A stretch of DNA of 32,000 nucleotides from Marinicellulosiphila megalodicopiae (lineage in GTDB: Bacteria > Pseudomonadota > Gammaproteobacteria > Pseudomonadales > Natronospirillaceae): positions 1,699,990-1,731,989 of the forward strand of contig NZ_AP023087.1 in assembly GCF_045862395.1 (NCBI RefSeq). Reading direction: 5' to 3'. Shown here piece after piece: positions 31,201 to 32,000 of this stretch (positions are counted from its first letter, which is position 1; the number at the start of each line of letters is the position of its first letter). Below the pieces are notes generated by a model that worked only from the letters and a program-made list of their open reading frames with translations, did not search any database and had not been told where the DNA came from. The position numbers were made by a program, and so were the translations under genes.

Positions 31201-32000
31201 ACGGGGAATTTGATACTGCGTACAGCCAGTTAAATTCATTAATCCCTGTTAAGCTATTAATGACTATCTATGAAAATGATGAAAATGATGAACTTAATAA
31301 TATAATTTATCATACGGCGCAACACGTATATTCCATGGAAGGTGATATTATCAATAATGTTTTGCATATTGAAAAGTTTAATCAGTATCGCTATTTTACG
31401 TTAGTAGCATCTCAAGTACAAACAGCAATGAATGTTGAGCCATTGATGAAGCTGGTTATTCCTGACTTAGATTACTTCGAAGCGCAAAGTTATTTAAGTG
31501 AGGGTGTAGACCTTAATCAAATAAATAAAGTGATTGATGAGTTGCACGAGAATGAACATTTAGACCGAGTAAATTTAACTTATATTAAGTCACGTGATGA
31601 GTATGTGAATTATGAGGTTATCGAAAAATTAGTTAATGTAAACCCTTATACGAGAGGTTTAAAAAGACTGATGTATGCACTTTCATTTGAACATAAATTA
31701 CTTGCTGAAGAGGCTAACCCTGAAAAGAGTATTCCTGACGAGCATAATATCGAATTAAATAATAGGGTTATCGGTTATTATCAATCAGCATTAACTGATT
31801 TAAAGCATATCAAATTTTACTACGTGCAAGCACTTTATTTTTATGCGAGGTTTCTACAAAAAACAGATAATAAAAATTTCGAAAAAGTCTATGAAAACGG
31901 ATTACAATTAACGAAAAAACACCATTATCGTCTTTGGCAACATAAGTTTCATTTGTTGAAACAGCCAGCATTAGGGCCCTATAAACCTGAGAACTATCCT
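28290..32000 (+). CDS. SIR2-like / NB-ARC STAND NTPase / long alpha-helical C-terminus protein; putative anti-phage defence protein (3' end outside window)
   Basis: Open frame for >=1237 codons with no stop, absent from the supplied ORF track. SIR2: VIPLIGAGVSMS (GAGVS 28359-28373), VVTLNYDKVLEWA, LHGTIEHP, IILFIGCSLDDAELL (GCSLDD 28929-28946). STAND: GSGGLGKTT (from 29871), LLIFDNLESLL (30084-30116), VLVTSREI, NNPLAIKLI. Confidence 0.93.
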   Translation, partial: MNDIQIPDFLKKSLASGEVIPLIGAGVSMSIKTKEGEKAFPSWSELLFNAAEKLEKEDSQLVKLQVKRGKLQRAAEEAQELLTGRPWGDFLNSQFSINFKELDVRGKALPKAIWRLSNRVVTLNYDKVLEWAHEESANLCVFDNSNCTQLSEFSRPSQQEMLWHLHGTIEHPKHMVLTPQSYHRLYEEEAEKNYKAALTKFREVISNKIILFIGCSLDDAELLAEIVKQNELFDGNTGPHYALVRKTDEQEIKSKLTDSHVQTITFSDFGQPLIDAVTQLAECKKQQQLAINNEKELNQQPKLDNDKEQKKKFNKISLFTASPLDKPLDEIDIIAKLKKYKYPIFQQAFTENNLMQADDYSIILLLAKKTNGGLLIEDDNACSDYLTIEELEQNLPVNAKLTVLITDKLLSEQELKTINFPLLVLPVLNKQGKDLNILDKLTHQLFKKQDIKPFVDKEDIQLVQVSDELLKSLNPENRKDWLKHNPVLPRDINSSELQGFTGRLSDLADISQKLTKAANGQRLLTIKGSGGLGKTTIAKKVALELANRGRFDAGVYFVDCESITSVNQLEMHIGEAFKLRSADDLFGYLAQHHDQLSRLLIFDNLESLLYLKKSDKQQNKQAVDQVKILLSRTLMYANVLVTSREIMNTEWEDVLSFRQMESEEALTLFNRLTKNNYLNEDDQGYVRRKILEPLLNNNPLAIKLICDGMPNGKCLKGLKKELEDDFFGKVKEEDLILMFDDEVDANINRQESLYVSILYSYETLNNSQKRALESFSLFPDGIDLKTFKALVAESKKSDRNQYENKFKKPVSDKDITVLANKSLIESNNGIYSLQSVIQRFSRFRFDQNTQEKDKIELFRGALRYNEKTLEFIQKLERVNKKAIPLFLSIVNNLFAAITYGTKENVVRNSEEIEDYFHMVRAIKNLSITLNLSHDFLTVLNENAIEHLITENNKEQLELAWQLFKVSSMYYNGEFDTAYSQLNSLIPVKLLMTIYENDENDELNNIIYHTAQHVYSMEGDIINNVLHIEKFNQYRYFTLVASQVQTAMNVEPLMKLVIPDLDYFEAQSYLSEGVDLNQINKVIDELHENEHLDRVNLTYIKSRDEYVNYEVIEKLVNVNPYTRGLKRLMYALSFEHKLLAEEANPEKSIPDEHNIELNNRVIGYYQSALTDLKHIKFYYVQALYFYARFLQKTDNKNFEKVYENGLQLTKKHHYRLWQHKFHLLKQPALGPYKPENYP

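Overview
32 kb window from an AT-rich gammaproteobacterium-like genome. The first ~19 kb is ordinary chromosome: heme/iron ABC transporter (permease end + HmuV-like ATPase), an OmpR-type two-component pair, YfhL-type ferredoxin, coaD, cytochrome b561 + YceI, AlgH/YqgE, alpha/beta hydrolase, S1/P1 nuclease, cold-shock protein, an RluE-like pseudouridine synthase, monomeric isocitrate dehydrogenase, and a flagellar fliEFGHIJ cluster. The FliH in this cluster has a very unusual ~200-aa acidic C-terminal tail containing 27 perfect copies of the hexamer ACAGAA. From ~19.4 kb to the end the window looks like an accessory region: dispersed and tandem repeats, a frameshifted zinc-ribbon membrane protein, a TetR-membrane protein-GNAT operon with a palindromic operator, two GNAT genes separated by an integron attC-like structure and bracketed by direct repeats, a VapBC pair whose toxin has lost the first catalytic Asp, and a NERD gene split from its topoisomerase-type zinc finger by one in-frame amber codon. 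Last is a very large ORF (28290 to beyond 32000) that the supplied ORF track omits because it has no stop inside the window. It encodes a SIR2-like NADase domain, a possible degenerate CHAT-like domain, an NB-ARC/STAND NTPase and a long helical (TPR-like) C-terminus. This is the best candidate for an anti-phage (Avs5/SIR2-STAND-like) defence protein, possibly with a new architecture.
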